A DNA stretch of 63,203 nt, filler included, from Phoronis australis (Eukaryota; Animalia; Phoronida), in the NCBI GenBank assembly GCA_002633005.1. It is 12 parts of 12 records of this genome, joined end to end, with 100 filler letters (N's around TTAATTAATTAA, not from the genome) between each part and the next. Parts side by side here need not be neighbours in the genome. Positions count along the whole stretch, not along the records: positions 37,220 to 39,532 come from NMRA01003743.1; positions 39,633 to 42,422 come from NMRA01000511.1; positions 42,523 to 45,368 come from NMRA01003382.1; positions 45,469 to 48,109 come from NMRA01003534.1; positions 48,210 to 61,670 come from NMRA01001585.1; 7 more parts are not named here. The stretch is one strand, 5' to 3'. A model generated the notes under the pieces. That model was not told the origin of the DNA. It did not search any database and saw only the letters and a program-made list of their open reading frames with translations. The translations under genes and the position numbers were made by a program. Positions 38,480-51,300 of the stretch are shown in pieces. The first letter of the stretch is position 1; each line of letters starts with the position of its first letter.

Positions 38480-39050
38480 CTAAAAAATTGAGCTAGATCA
38501 ACTTTTCTGGTAACCACTTAAAACTGCCTTCAATACCTGCTACGTCATCCATTGTATCAAAATTGGTCACTGCCAGACAATTTCAGTGGTNNNNNNNNNN
38601 NNNNNNNNNNNNNNNNNNNNNNNNNNNNNNNNNNNNNNNNNNNNNNNNNNNNNNNNNNNNNNNNNNNNNNNNNNNNNNNNNNNNNNNNNNNNNNNNNNNN
38701 NNNNNNNNNNNNNNNNNNNNNNNNNNNNNNNNNNNNNNNNNNNNNNNNNNNNNNNNNNNNNNNNNNNNNNNNNNNNNNCGTAAGCCCAGGTATCACGAAT
38801 AAACACTGCCAGACAAATCTAGTGGTGGGTTAGCCCCTCCAGACATGCCCAAATACATGAATTGAGGTAGATCAACCCTGAGGTAACCACATAAAACCAG
38901 TTGCAAAATATTCGCCGTAAGCCCAGGTTTGAAGAATAGATACTACCAGACAAATATACATGTAGTGGTGGGTTATCCTCGCCAGACACGCCCAAGTACC
39001 TGAGTTGAGCTAGATCATCCCGGCAGGTAACAACTTGAAACCATTTGCAT
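38480..39050. repeat. ~137-bp diverged tandem repeat spanning a sized gap
   Basis: cgtaagcccagg...ccagacaa...agtggtgggtta...ttgag.tagatca...ggtaac at 38779 and 38916; related motifs before the gap. Confidence 0.75.
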
Positions 39051-39664
39051 AATGTCGAGCAACATTCTGCATGCAAAAAAGATACTTTACAGACATTTTT
39101 AGAGGTAGGGCAGGAGAGTGCAGAGGTTTGGTCGATGTAGGGGCGGCTTTTTTTAGACGCCCCTATCTCTCTACTCAAATGCCGGCATATACATGTATCC
39201 TATTCAGGCCCGTAGGCAGCATTGAGCGGGGGTGGTTCGAATTTCAAGAACGGTGGATCTTGGTATTTTGCAAACGTCGACACTGTAGAGTTTTCGGTGA
39301 TGCCTTTGACGCAGCTTAATTAGGGGAAAGGGAAATCTGTATACATGATGACAACTCATGTTCATGAGATGAGACGGAATTTGTAATACCAGATACGAGG
39401 ATGCTGTGACGGTTGCTCGAAACGAACGGGACACAAATTAGGATGTAATGTGGTCTAAAAAGAGAACATTCTCGCGTTATTTCCTGCCGAAGTTTCAGAT
39501 CGGTCATGCTTAAATGAGTGATTAAACCTCATNNNNNNNNNNNNNNNNNNNNNNNNNNNNNNNNNNNNNNNNNNNNTTAATTAATTAANNNNNNNNNNNN
39601 NNNNNNNNNNNNNNNNNNNNNNNNNNNNNNNNTCTGTAAGCCTACACCGTGGTGAAAAGATATA

Positions 39665-39945
39665 CAGGAGTAGTTCGTAGAGGGACCAGATGTACACTGA
39701 GAGTACACGAAAACTCTGGCCTGGTCCGTCACGAGACCAAAAGTACACCTGTGCTAATTATCCCTACAAGAATAGTCGATCTGTTGCGGGACCAAACAGT
39801 ACTGGTTGAGACAAATAGTTTTACAAAGCACACTTTGGCAAAAAAAAACATCACAAGACTAGTTCGCCGAGGGACCAGAAGTACACTGAAACTCGATATC
39901 TACACGAATCAAGCTGGACTGGTCCGTCTTGAGACCTAAAGCGTA
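39665..39945. repeat. Diverged tandem repeat with ~190-bp higher-order period
   Basis: tagttcg..gagggaccaga.gtacactga and ctggtccgtc..gagacc.aaa each occur twice about 190 bp apart. Confidence 0.7.
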
Positions 39946-41094
39946 CTTTGCAAAAAATTTTGAATTGAAACTTCTCTCTAGACACGTTTTAATCCCCAGT
40001 GGTTGCTCATACGTGTAGTTTACACATGGTGGTCAACTGCTGCGAGAGGTTGTCAAGGAAGGGTTTTCGCACCGTTCTGTAGTACTCACTGGAAGAAACA
40101 AGTATTGGGTACAGATTTAACTACGCACTACGCGAAATAAGAATTTGGATATGAAGCAGATAAACTCATGTGGAAATACAAACCAGAATTAGTTTCTGTG
40201 CGCTCGTAGACCCTCTGGTGTACTGGGTAAATTTGGCATGTCTAAAAATAATTTCTATTTCGTTTTCATTGTACACAAGCACAAAAAACCGACATTATTT
40301 CAAACTGTGAATAATTATAACTTATTACCTGGGTGTTTCTCCAGGAACGTTGGTCCAATCTACCTGCTGTCTAGACTGCCGACGAATCAGTATATCGGAT
40401 CCAATGGTTTGCTTGTCTTAGAACCATTCTACCCAGACATCTTCGACGTTAGTTCCCAAAGTCAGTCGTTTAAGTTATCCAGAGCATCAAACCATCGATC
40501 TGCACAGAGCAAACACGGCAGGTTTAAGAATGCGGGAAAAACCATTCGCGCTATGGTTAAAGAGGGACTTTTTAAAGGACAATAGCTTGTCTATTCTACA
40601 AGTACCTCTGAAGCAGCTAAGTCGAATCAAGTCTGAACATTCTGAAAACGTTTTGTGAAATATAGCAAAATCCTGGTTCCCTTGCAAGATTGAAATGTTA
40701 ATTTCGAATTAAAATGTTTGTAACAGTACTTTGTCTTATGCTGCTTACAATTATGTCGCGCCAAAGAAAGGCTGCGTTGAACTGGAAGCACGTGCAGTTA
40801 CTAACAGTGACGCGACTACGCGCGACCATACATGTTGGAGGACCGTATGTAAACGGCTTACAAGAAAAAAGAAAAAAATGGAAAATTCAACATTACTGTT
40901 TACCGCAAAGACGGCTGACCACGTAATTGCATTGAATTATGCAGCGGTTTAGACACAGGTTGTGTATTGAGGCCCAAGTAAGAGGGGCAGGTGGCGAATC
41001 ACGACAATCTCAATAGAACGAATGCACAGACAAGTTTGAAAATCAATATTAATTGGTATTGCCTGTGGCGTGTAGAACGCGGGGCCAACCAATT

Positions 41095-41460
41095 GACCTA
41101 TCGCCAGGATTATGACGGACGGCTTAATTGACCAATCAGAACGCAGTATTCTTGGCACACCTTCGTCTGCGTTTCCAAGCCGCCATTTTACCCGACAAAC
41201 CACACGTAGTCGAGTAAAACTTACTTTAGTCTATAGCTCAAGAAATTGTCCGCTAAGAATGGTGAAACGGTGTTGATAAGACGTGTGTAGCACCAACAGC
41301 CGTTACGCTGCTACAGAATAATATCCCGTCATTTTTTGGCATGTCCTAAGCCGAAAAATGAGGTGGAAAAGCGTAAACCATTTCAAACTGTACGGCCACA
41401 CGAACAGCTGAACTTAGCGATGTTGCTTGATAACTCGAAGGCTATAATAAACACAAATAT
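41095..41460 (+). mobile_element. Decayed THAP-bearing ISL2EU/Harbinger-related transposon 5' end
   Basis: From ATG 41259: MVKRC**DVCSTNSRY...PKPKNEVEK...RPHEQLN, the characteristic N-terminus of this THAP type, with stops. Confidence 0.65.
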
Positions 41461-43365
41461 TTTAGTTCCGAGATACACACTTTTCAGCTTGTCGGCTATG
41501 GTGCAGGGCTAACTCAGATTTTGACTCCCGAGTTTATTGCGTTTGGCCGCCTTTGTCTCGGCACCTGCTGGATCTCAGCACTCTAGCGGTAGTCCCCGGA
41601 AATTGCTTTCAGGGACATTTTTATTTGATGTTTTTTATTTATTTCAACCTAATGGTCATTATTTTGTTTCGTATAAGAAGTACATTTTTGTTATTCATAA
41701 ATCCGTAAGCTGGCCGGCGTTCAACTGAACTCTCCTGGTCAAAATTCAGAGAGTCGATCTGCACAGGGAGGGGCACTGGATTACTACTTTTGTCACTAAA
41801 AACAAACTGTTGAATTACTTTTTGACGTGTACCTCTAGTATACACTATGTCTGTAGAGTTAGAGGGAGCTCATTTTAAAGTTGTTCAAACACGATATTTA
41901 GATTTATGAAGCTTTAAAAAAGAATTAGAGTTATTTTTGTAAATACCATATTTTTGCAACTACCACACCAGACGTACTTGTGATCTTTTGGAACCATACC
42001 ACGACTTAGTGATCTTGCTACCTTCAAAATTATTGGAATGAAACTACAAAACAATGCCAAATTCATCAGAAGGTAGGTGTAACTCAAATGTCTTAATGGT
42101 GCAAATGGACAATTCCATAGACGGATTATACGGGGGAGGACAGCCCCCCCTTGGCTGCCGCAAACAAAATGAAACAGCAAGAGCGTGAAGCGTGAGGAAA
42201 TATTGAGTTCAATAACTAGGATCGGTAGTTGAAGAGGGGGGCTCAGACCCCGGCCAGATCGCGGCGGAATCGTGTTCTTGTTTTTTTGTCCATCGATAGA
42301 TTTTCTGAACAGAAGGTCCTAAGGTCTACATCACCGGTCCCTGCAACTTTCGGGCCGCCTGTGCACATACAATTGCACTTTATCCAATTCCACGAGGCAA
42401 CATGTTGGGCCCCCCTTGTGGTNNNNNNNNNNNNNNNNNNNNNNNNNNNNNNNNNNNNNNNNNNNNTTAATTAATTAANNNNNNNNNNNNNNNNNNNNNN
42501 NNNNNNNNNNNNNNNNNNNNNNCTGTTTACGTCTTAAGTTAAAAATTTGTATGTAGACTCGCTTTAGCAAACCATACTGACTCGACTAATAGATATGCTT
42601 TATTTAGAAATTGCAAAAGTGTTTTTTTTAAGTGATATACATTGTGAACTAGGACGCGTAAGGTACTTTTACCTACTGAAGCCTTGAGTCAACTTTATAC
42701 AAAACCTCCCTGGTTGCCTAGTTGCCTTTCACAGCTATCATGTTAGTTTTGAGCAACAAACGGCCCTAAACCACGAGCGACATTATTGTGCTGAATAAGG
42801 TAACACTTGAGTTTTGTGGGAACTGTTGTCATCTTATTACTCTTGTCCTCTGGAAACGTTCATAGAATGTTTCTAGTGCAAAGGCAGCCTATTTCTTCCT
42901 TCAGTGCAAAGGCAGCCTATTTTTACTTCAGTGAAAAGAGCAGATACTTGATAGTTCCAAAAGCGATGTGCGCATAGTGAGTTTTTCTTTTTCCTCATTG
43001 GCCCTCGCGGAAAGGTAGAGAACTTCCCGTTCTTTCAGTCTATGAAAGCAACTACTTTTGAAATATGTGATGCTACAGAGGCAGACGTAAAAAAGCAAAT
43101 TGCCGTTGGAAGGCACACCTGTAGTCGAAAAAGCGCATCTGACGTCAGGTTAAAACGAATAGACTTGACAAATTGTGATCTCGCATGGGGTTTTTTGGAT
43201 ACAGCTGTAGATGCGAAAAAATCACTACGGGGCGGTTACCGTAGGGTCTTCTTCAAATCTACGGCAGTCATGCTCATCCCAGTAAGTTCAAATCATAATG
43301 GCCTTCTAAACAGTTTAGCAGATGCAATAGCAGATGGCAAAAAGGGGACCCAGAAATAATTGACA

Positions 43366-43384
43366 TGGCCACTAGGTGGCGCGG
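43366..43384 (+). promoter_or_regulatory. CTCF-like motif
   Basis: tggccactaggtggcgc is a near-consensus match. Confidence 0.4.
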
Positions 43385-45849
43385 AATACGTCGAATCCAT
43401 TACAAATTAGAATCTGTCTTCTTCACAATAATGTTTACGAATTTCACGAAAATAACATTGGGGAATTCCGAAGATATATCATCAAATGTAAAATTTCTAA
43501 AATTGCCACCTGGGGCCATGATGATTGTCAAAGCTGTCCAAACAGTCACAGTCACTTTCATAAGAAAATACCTGCAAAAGTTAAAAACATCATCCAAAGG
43601 AATCAGGTGCTGCAACCATGGTACCAGAAAATACAAAATCACCACAACGGAACGCAACAGGTATCAGATCCGTTCAAACATTAATCCCAGCCATTGTCTT
43701 CTCATCGGCATAACGGCTGTTACAATAAATTATGATCCTTTGTACTCTTTGGCAGATAAAGAGGTAAACTCTAAAAACGAACTAAAACTCATCAGCAAAA
43801 TATATTGAATATGTCCGAAAATAGATTTGCATAATTGTCGCCTTAATAGTAACTTATTGGGAAAAATTCACAAAAATGCAACATTGAACTTAAAGATACA
43901 GAGGGAAACCTGAAAATAACTTAAACTGCCAATAGGGGTACACCTGTTTTTGGATTGGTCCGAAAGTATTCGTCATCCATTACCATCTTTTTATGAACAT
44001 ATCTCCTACGTTTCACATTAATCCTCTAAAAATTAAAGGAGATAAAGTAGACGTGGGCGTCTCAAAAGTAGTCGAAATGACCGAAATTCAGCATCAGCTG
44101 TAGTTTTCTCACAAGGAAAACATCATAATGATCATTTGAACGCTTGTGCACACAGGAAGGCAGGGCTCAAAATGTACTAAATGTTGTGTAAATGTGCCAC
44201 CAGTTTACGCGAAATACTTCAAATCCGTCCGAAAACAAGAGGGCGTCATTATCGTTTTAATAGAGAGCTGTATCCTAATTTCCATGCAAATCCATAAAAG
44301 AGCACGGAAGATACAACGGCAAAGGTTAAACATCTAAAATTGCCATTAGGTTAAACACCTGCAGCCGATTTAATGGTTTAACAAAATCAGGTTTAAGACT
44401 TAAACCTGGTCTTCCTAAACCTGGTCTAATTTTAGACCTAATTTGCATTTCACTAACAAGGTTTAAAATTCTGGGAGCCTGGTTTTGTTAGACATGAAGC
44501 GGTTTTAGTTAAACTAGGCTTAAATTATCCAAACCATCCTACTGTGTTGACCCCAATTAACTCAACAAGCATACCATTGAAGTGCTTCTATGAAACCTTG
44601 CTCACAATGGTACACACGGGCACACGACAGTAGAATCAGTGCTCCTTTCCATGACTGATCAGAGAAAAAACCAATTTGATCTTAGAGAACAAGAAAATTG
44701 GTGGCAAATCAAGTCAACGTAAGCAGCAGGCTTAGATAGCTACTGATCCAGAATAGAGGGCAGAAAGAAAATTTTATCAGTGAAAAAAATTGCAAAGAAA
44801 AAAGGCGAGCAGCCCACCCAGTGCAGATCTAGCATGACACGAAGATATATTGTATTGTCTACGTCCAACACAAGTATACACATTGAAGTACTTGTTCACG
44901 ATTAACTGCGACATAGTAAATGCACACGGCTATTTCCGTGTCATTTTACTTTTTTGCGGCCAAAGGGGGCACAGGGGCGGATCTTGGATTTCGAGTTAGG
45001 GGGCGAGGGCAGACTAGTAGTCAGGATTTTGCCAATCAGACATTAGCTCTCCTCTAAATCCGTCCCTGCGGCAGAACACTTGCCTGTAACATTGTATAGG
45101 GGGCCAATTGAGATGGAACTCGGCCAGAATAATCGTTAGATAGCTTTTTAGTCATACGCGTAGCGCTTGCGACGATGAAACTGTTCGAACCGTCATATTC
45201 TGAGAAAATACAAAGGACACCTTCAGAACGTACTGGTCTACGCATAGGCTAATCCAGGGGTTTAAGGGTCCGGACCCCCTCTTCCTGTGCGGATGTTAGT
45301 GATATCAAATCTATAATTTTCAAATTGTTGACCCAGGCCCTCCATTTAAATATCGTTGATCCGAACCTNNNNNNNNNNNNNNNNNNNNNNNNNNNNNNNN
45401 NNNNNNNNNNNNTTAATTAATTAANNNNNNNNNNNNNNNNNNNNNNNNNNNNNNNNNNNNNNNNNNNNGAAATTAAAGACTTTGTTGCACACGATTTCAG
45501 GGTGCTAAAACATGTTATAGAAGCCAATTCTGACGAAATGCGCCAGCAAAAAAGCCCTAAAAGTCAGCACTTGTGACGATTTAGAGCCGAGTTTTACTCT
45601 GCCATTTTAGTTTTGTCAGAAGCGAGATGCATTCAGGAATGATTGAATAATGAGACAGTCTTATTTCACCAGTGCTATTTAGTGAGTTTGACAGGGACTG
45701 AAAATTGGGCAAACATGGGGTAAAACTCAGGAAATATTGAAAATAAAATGATAAATGCAAGAAAATTAAGACGCCTCAATCAGCAACAAAGGTGAGGACT
45801 TCCGTGAACAAGCACATATTATTTGCGGTGGTAGTGAGAAGCAATGTGT

Positions 45850-47215
45850 GATAAAGTGGAGACATTAAGTCTTGAAATATGTACGCAATTGGAATTTAGT
45901 AAATAGATTTTCCAATTTTCCACCACAGTCTTTGGTGACTTCAACCAGACTTTATGGCTTGAACAGTTGTAAGTTAATAAAACCCATGGGGAATACTGCA
46001 AGCGGTATGTCCAGATTCTTGTCAAAAATATTGATGGGCCAGTTTCAGCAATTATTGATGGACATGTGCAATCAAACATGAACTTACTTATCAGAGTTCT
46101 CAAAATGTTTTTGATATGTTACAAAGAAATATAGATTTAATATGGTCATCAATAGCTGTTAATTGACATAGCAAGTGTAAATGCAAAAGTTAGACACTAA
46201 ATCTTGTTGTTTAGGATGTTTTTTCAAACCTAAAGTTTCTACAATGTCCTGAGAGGTCATGTCCTATAATAGTAACCCAGATTGTCTCAAAATTTGATGA
46301 ATTTTTAAAGTCTGTAGAACTTGCAGGCTATTTCCTTCTATCCGTGATTGCATGGTCAAATTAGTTAGAAACACAACGTATACCGACAATGTGAATATCA
46401 AGTATGTTGAAAATTGCCAGACGTTTTTAAGAATGAGTTTTGTGTATGCATCGAAAATGATCCACTGTAAATCACTTAACCGTGTCCAGTATCGTGACAT
46501 GGTGTTGGGGAATAACACTGCATGATGTGTGTTATGTGAGCCCCCAAGGTATGTCATTAGTGCATTTGCAATTTTTTTTGTTTTCACATTTACAAGTTGT
46601 TAATGAATAAAACTGCACTTTGTTTAGCGTAGATGTTCAAACAGCAATGCCGTTTTGTTACTGCTATACATTAGCATAGCTGGGGCGTGCAAAGAAATCA
46701 TTCTTTAAACCACAATGAACAGAAAATAATATCTTATGAATACAAATACGTCTCAACAAGTGCAGATTATAGTGAAGAAACAGAGACTTCAGTCAGACTT
46801 TACAGCTTGAGTACTTGTAGTCAAAATAGATCATGGGGAATACCGTAAGAGAATGTGTCCAGATTCCTGTCGAAAATATTGATGGGCCTTGTCAGCAATC
46901 ATAGGTGGACATGTTTAATCAAACATGAGTTTATTGGTCTCAAAATGTTGTTTCAGGTATTATGAAGAAATATAGATTTAATATGATCATCAGTAGTGTT
47001 GTTAATTTTTTAGTGTATATGCAAAGGTTAGAGATTAAATCTTGTCATCCAAACCTCAAGTTCCTATGATGACCACAGGACGCATGTACTATAATGGCAA
47101 CCCTGATTCCCTGAAAATTTGATGAATTTTAAAACCACAATCAACAGAAAGAGAGTATGTTGCGGATACAAATATACCTCAATAAGTGCAGATTGTAGTC
47201 AACAAACAGAAGAGC
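45850..47215 (+). repeat. Old ~430-bp tandem/direct repeats
   Basis: catggggaatac...tgtccagattc.tgtc.aaaatattgatgggcc at ~45985 and ~46832; tacaaata...ctcaa.aagtgcagatt.tagt at 46741 and 47168. Confidence 0.75.
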
Positions 47216-48316
47216 GTGACAATGAAGCACTCAAGACTACCCTCTGACTATTAGTAAGTAAGTGATAAATGACCTTTTAAACACAGCTCCTTACACAGCA
47301 CAGTAACAAGTCCCTTGTGATTCAAATCTTAAGCTGAGTATTGATGACAAAAAGCCAAGTCGACATGATGAGATACGCCTTGTCACTAGATGGCGATAGG
47401 GTAGTTGGTAGGCAGTGTTCTGCACTCTTGCATGAATTTGAAGCAGAGGGATATTTTTCAATTTTTTATAAATTCTTTGCCACCACCATGACATCACATT
47501 ACCACGGTTGTGCAGAAAGATATCTAAACGATTGGTGCAAAGCTGTCCATTAAGAATATCCATGAATGAAAGAATTTTTGTAATCTATATGAAATACATA
47601 TTCTATGCAACAATATCGTTTTAATTGGCCCTGAGGAAAAATAGTTGTAAAACGAAGCACGAAAAAAGCACTTTGGCAAGGTGGACAGTGAACAGAATAT
47701 GAAAGAAAGACCTCTTAGCTCAAATTTCCCTTGGGTGTTATTTATTAAAACATTTACCCTTTTTCTAATTATCAAGATTAGATTTAAATTGCAAATCGAA
47801 ATAACATCACGTCTAACTAAAATGTTAAAGCAATTCAAATAAATACATAAATTTGATAGAATTCTGTGATAATGCATAGATAAAGACATCTAATACCAAA
47901 ATAATAATGTCACATGTCTGATGTCATAATGAGACACTGACAGTGTACCCAACAGTACCACAAGAATTACTTTAAAAAATGACCAGAAGTCCGTAGATGA
48001 AGACAAGGCTATAAATAACAACAGGGCGTACTTAATAAAGGAGCTGGTTCTGCAATCAAATGTGGAGACCAAGATATGGCATCAAAGTTATTTGGATAAT
48101 GCCATGAAANNNNNNNNNNNNNNNNNNNNNNNNNNNNNNNNNNNNNNNNNNNNTTAATTAATTAANNNNNNNNNNNNNNNNNNNNNNNNNNNNNNNNNNN
48201 NNNNNNNNNTGATAAATTGCATAAAATACAGGGCACTCAAAAGCATGGACCCAATTTTGTATTTCTATAACGGCAAATCTTTTAGAACCATCCTGTACTT
48301 AATCCACACAGCTCAC

Positions 48317-51300
48317 CATTGCATAGTTTGTGGCGCCATAGCTTCCACCCAAGACTATTGTTATCTTCGGCACTAAAGAGCATGCTACGGCAGCCATCAT
48401 TCTTCCTTGAGCAGCCAACATGGCACCGTAAATTTCACCTTAAACAGAAATTACATGAAAAGACAGCTGTTTAGGTAATAGGACTACTACCTTGGGACAT
48501 CCTGATTCACACAATGGCGAGAGTTGAATGTTTTAATACTCACGAAAAAACATGTCGTGGAAAATACCCATTTTTAACAAGTGTTAGAAATTATCACCTT
48601 GTCTTTTTAGCTATACTGTGGTTAGAATATTGTACACGGGTGTTATTTGTTTAATAAGCCACTTCATTTGATTTATCTTACTTTAAAATTGATCACTTTT
48701 GACCAGAATATGATGAGCTCAATATACGTAACGTCAATCAATGAGTATCTCAGAAGGCAGCAAAAGGTGACAATAATAAACTAAGATGCACAGTTTTCAA
48801 TAACAGACAATTACAGAGTCCCGCATTTTGAGAACCAGTTGATCCACTGAATAACGGGCATCAATCTGATCCACTGAATAACGGGCATCAATCTGATCCA
48901 CTGAATAACGGGCATCAATCTGATCCACTGAATAACGGGCATCAATCTGATCCACTGAATAACGGGCATCAATCTGATCCACTGAATAACGGGCATCAAT
49001 CTGATCCACTGAATAACGGGCATCAATCTGATCCACTGAATAACGGGCATCAATCTGATCCACTGAATAACGGGCATCAATCTGATCCACTGAATAACGG
49101 GCATCAATCTGATCCACTGAATAACGGGCATCAATCTGATCCACTGAATAACGGGCATCAATCTGATCCACTGAATAACGGGCATCAATCTGATCCACTG
49201 AATAACGGGCATCAATCTGATCCACTGAATAACGGGCATCAATCTGATCCACTGAATAACGGGCATCAATCTGATTCTCAAATCATGTGAAAACACATCT
49301 TAAATTAAACTGAAAAAATATTCTCAATAAAGCGGCCAAACAGCCATGAATAAAACCGCGTTCTGTCAAAGAAATAATCTCTCATTTAGGCCACTTACCG
49401 CTATAAACTGACCTTAACATGTTCCTTCCTCTGACGAAAAGAGGTTCATAGGCTTGGAAAGGACCAACGTGTCCATATTTCTCAAGACGAAGATTGGCGC
49501 ATAAAATGACCGGTGTAAAGAGCCAACTTGAACAGCCTGGTCTAAAGCAGTGAACAAATTGTCAGTTCTTTCAAAGCCTTCAACGCCTATAATATGACTG
49601 AGGAACAATTTTAGACCAATATCTTACCTGTAAGTGGTCTAAATCAAAAGTTGTTTTTTGTGACAAAGGCAGGTTTTTGGCCATTTTAATAATTTTTTCT
49701 GGAGACAAATTAGCGTCAAACAGAAAAGAGAATGTGACTGTTCACTGTCTTACCTTCACCTGTAGAAAAGGAATCTGGGACATCCGTAGGGACGTTTTGT
49801 AAAAACACCATAGGAACGTTTCTCTGAGAGCATAACTGCACAAAGTGGGACCCCTTAACAGCAGCGTCCTCAGCCAGCACTCCTTTATTGGCTAGAATTC
49901 CCACAAGATACCTATAGTAAATGAATGTAGAGATCATGGAAACAAGCTTGTACACAGGACAATCATTTCAGCACGACGTTTTTCCAAAGACTATTGGAGA
50001 GGCTGTCCATAAGGCTGCTTAGAGCAAATGGCATTTCATTTAACAAAACGCAGTATCAAACATTTTGCCAAACAGGCGGTCATGAGGCAATGCCTGACCG
50101 TCTGGAGATTGGCAAGGGTAAGCCAGCCACCCAGTAAATGGGTAAGCCAACTGGGGTCAGACACAGCCATCATCAAAATATCTGGGCATCGCTCCTTCAA
50201 CATGCTCTTTGAGAACTGTGGTGTAACACAGCATACAACACAAGACAGCTCAGACTCTGGGTGACAGTACAGAAGTTTACCTTGTGTGATGCTAGTCAAT
50301 TGCAAAAAGTTAGCAACAAGACAACATCGGCATGATAGCATCGGGATTTCAATCATCTTTACTGTCAGTGATGTTATGAGTTTAGCACTGACTTTTACAG
50401 GATTGGAACACATTTTTTAAAAACAGTAGAGAAACAAATAGTGAAAAGCTCATTATTTGTAATATCTGAAGTGGCCAGCATCACGTTACGCAATACATCA
50501 AGTAATGAGGACCATCTCATAAATACAGAAGCTTATTAAAGCAATCCTGTTGACGTCCGGTTGGATACACAATGCCTTATACAGACAAATGAATATGTCA
50601 ATGAACACACAATATGTTAAATTAAACAATTCAAATATTTGAAAAACATTATGTAGTACAAATAAAATGAAAAAATTTAATCTGTCCAATTTGCAGAAAA
50701 TTTGTTTATGTAGTAAAGCACTTCAAGAAGTAGACGGAGATGATATTGCATGTTTGAATGGAGATTATATAGCATGTTTATAGACTTCCAAAAGGCTTTT
50801 GACTTGGTATGGCGACATGGCCTCAGTTATAAACTTATTAAATATGGTTCAAGAAGTATATTTTACAAACCATGCATGAAAATGTTGTCTGACACTAATG
50901 GCAATGTTAGATTTGTTTCAAAGTCCCTTAGGGACAAGACAGGGATGTCCATTGTCTCTTTTTATTTTTCCTGTATTTGAATGAAATGGAAATGTAATTA
51001 CTTAAAACGTGAGGTTCAACGTTTTGATGTATTTACATTGTTTATTGTCTGCGCACGACCTTATTTAGTTTGCAAAAACTGCGCCCATAGTTATGAAGAA
51101 TGAAACGTAACATAAGAAAGCTGTTGTCAACATTAATTTTTTATACAAATGGCCTTTGTATGAAGACATCCACCAGACACATAATATTATTGATGTTATC
51201 AAAAAAAGATTCATGTTGTAAATTCTCCAAACTGAGATGATTTAAAAAACCTGGCATGTAAATGTAAATACCTATGACAAGCAGAAAAGACAGATGTTAT

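Noticed and set aside
38552-38833. ORFs full of X
   Set aside because: They run through an N gap.
43042-43808. Cluster of overlapping 85-147-aa ORFs, including ATEADVKKQIA
   Set aside because: Only a faint resemblance to transposon accessory domains; no family or splice structure I can support.
47291-48109. Search for the remaining MCCC2-like exons
   Set aside because: No CGR..P.F...WP motif found; probably inside the 48110 gap.
48797-49296. 151-aa and 161-aa repetitive ORFs
   Set aside because: By-products of a 27-bp intronic minisatellite.
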